Positions 62,655-64,000 of a DNA stretch of 64,000 nucleotides are shown here, one piece after another. Within the stretch, counting starts at the first letter, position 1; the number at the start of each line of letters is the position of its first letter. The notes below the pieces were generated by a model. The model did not search any database and had not been told where the DNA came from. It worked only from the letters and a program-made list of their open reading frames with translations. The position numbers and the translations under genes were made by a program. The DNA is from Octopus sinensis (taxonomy: Eukaryota), in the NCBI RefSeq assembly GCF_006345805.1, contig NC_042997.1:136028001-136092000 (forward strand), given 5' to 3'.

Positions 62655-64000
62655 ATGCGTGAAGCTTCACCCCTTCCACTCTGGAATAGGACCTCCGAGG
62701 CAATAACCTGGTTCCGGGATTTACCTGACAAAAGCAACACCCGATTCCTACAACTGGATATCGAGGATTACTACGCCTCCATATCGGAGAGCTTGCTGAT
62801 CGACGCGATTAACTTCGCCAGGAGGTCCTCCACCATCACCGAGGCCGAGCAAGATGTGATCCTCCACGCACGTAAGACTTTTCTTTTCTATGACGGATCC
62901 CACTGGATCAACAAAAAATCTGAGACCTCCTTCGGCGTCAGCATGGGTGCTAGCGACTCTGCTGAAATAAGTGACCTAGTGGGCCTTTTCATCCTCCATA
63001 GACTGAAAACCCTATTCACAGGCCTCTCCGGTGGTCTTTACCGCGATGACGGCCTTTTCGCCCTCCACAAAATAAACCCCAGGACCACGGATGGGTTCCG
63101 GAAAAATCTTTACACCTTCTTTAAAAACTTAGGCCTTAGGATTACCTTAGAATCCAACTTAACCAAAGCTAACTTCCTTGACGTCACCCTCGACTTAAAA
63201 ACCTCACTTTATTACCCGTACCACAAACCAAATGAATCCCTTAGATATATAGATATTAATTCCAACCACCCCAAAAATATATTAGATAACCTAGTAAAAA
63301 GTGTCTCAATTAGAATTTCTAGCCTGTCCGCCACGGAAGATATCTTTAAGGCCGCAGCCCCCTATTACAACGAGGCCCTGGCCCGCAGTGGCTTTAAAGA
63401 TAAGATTACCTATACTAGTATAGCCCCACGCCAACCCAGGAAAAATAGACGAAGACACATTAGCTGGTACAACCCCCCCCCCTTCAACCGTGAGGTCGCT
63501 ACACCTGTAGCTAAAATCTTCTTCACTCTCCTACAGAAACACTTCCCCACCCAACATAAGTACTACACTATCCTAAATAAGAACACTATTAGACTCTCCT
63601 ACTCTACCACGCCCAATCTAGCCAGGAACCTAGCCAACAACAATGTGAAAAAACTTAACATATCTACTTTTTCCGAGGCCCATCCAACGTCCGATAGCAA
63701 TTGCAACTGCCCTGATAAAACCACCTGCCCCCTCAACAACAACTGCCTACAGAGGGACCTAGTATATACATGCGAGGTAAGATCAGGCCCTGACGATAAA
63801 AGAAAATCCTACATCGGAATGACGTCAAACAGCTTTAAGACCCGTTGGTACGCACACACACACTCGTTCCGGCGACAGGATAAATCCAACCAAACTACCC
63901 TCGCCGCCCACATCTGGTACCTTAAAAGGAACTCCATCCCCTTCAAGACCAAGTGGAAACTACTACAGAAGGCGCGTTCGTACACAGGAGGCCATACCTG
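62655..64000 (+). CDS. Penelope-like RT plus GIY-YIG ORF, uninterrupted for at least 448 codons and running off the window
   Basis: Manual translation from ATG 62655: LQLDIEDYYASI (motif A), VSMGASDSAEI (B), GLYRDDGL (C), NFLDVTLDL, SNHP, WYNPPPF, CNCPDKTTCPLNNNC, LVYTC..SYIGMT, AHIW. No stop was found. Confidence 0.9.
   Translation, partial: MREASPLPLWNRTSEAITWFRDLPDKSNTRFLQLDIEDYYASISESLLIDAINFARRSSTITEAEQDVILHARKTFLFYDGSHWINKKSETSFGVSMGASDSAEISDLVGLFILHRLKTLFTGLSGGLYRDDGLFALHKINPRTTDGFRKNLYTFFKNLGLRITLESNLTKANFLDVTLDLKTSLYYPYHKPNESLRYIDINSNHPKNILDNLVKSVSIRISSLSATEDIFKAAAPYYNEALARSGFKDKITYTSIAPRQPRKNRRRHISWYNPPPFNREVATPVAKIFFTLLQKHFPTQHKYYTILNKNTIRLSYSTTPNLARNLANNNVKKLNISTFSEAHPTSDSNCNCPDKTTCPLNNNCLQRDLVYTCEVRSGPDDKRKSYIGMTSNSFKTRWYAHTHSFRRQDKSNQTTLAAHIWYLKRNSIPFKTKWKLLQKARSYTGGHT

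Overview
AT-rich, microsatellite-dense animal genomic DNA with no recognisable host protein-coding gene. It is probably intronic or intergenic. The SINE types and the (TA)n/(TACA)n/(TAA)n load suggest a cephalopod such as Octopus (inference only). The window is mostly transposon sequence. (1) Six R4/Dong-type non-LTR retrotransposon copies or fragments (RT, CCHC knuckle, restriction-like endonuclease) from at least four families, three of them ending in (TAA)n and one in (TACA)n. (2) One young GC-rich Tx1/L1-clade LINE (APE-RT, two frameshifts). (3) One full-length mariner with 37-bp TIRs, one decayed mariner and a mariner MITE. (4) Several Penelope-like elements (RT plus C-terminal GIY-YIG with a CxCx5C linker). 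One of them has an uninterrupted ORF of at least 448 codons that runs off the window end and is missing from the ORF track. (5) About a dozen tRNA-type SINEs of two families. Manual reading adds four things the ORF track does not show: a set of type I hammerhead-ribozyme motifs at PLE termini (one with a fully canonical core), a covarying 3'UTR hairpin shared by three Dong families, a SINE that carries the Tx1 LINE 3' tail, and many long foldbacks, including two abutting near-perfect palindromes (52.5-53.2 kb) whose geometry fits inverted re-integration of a ~370-bp circle. All alignments, translations and folds were done by eye, without databases.
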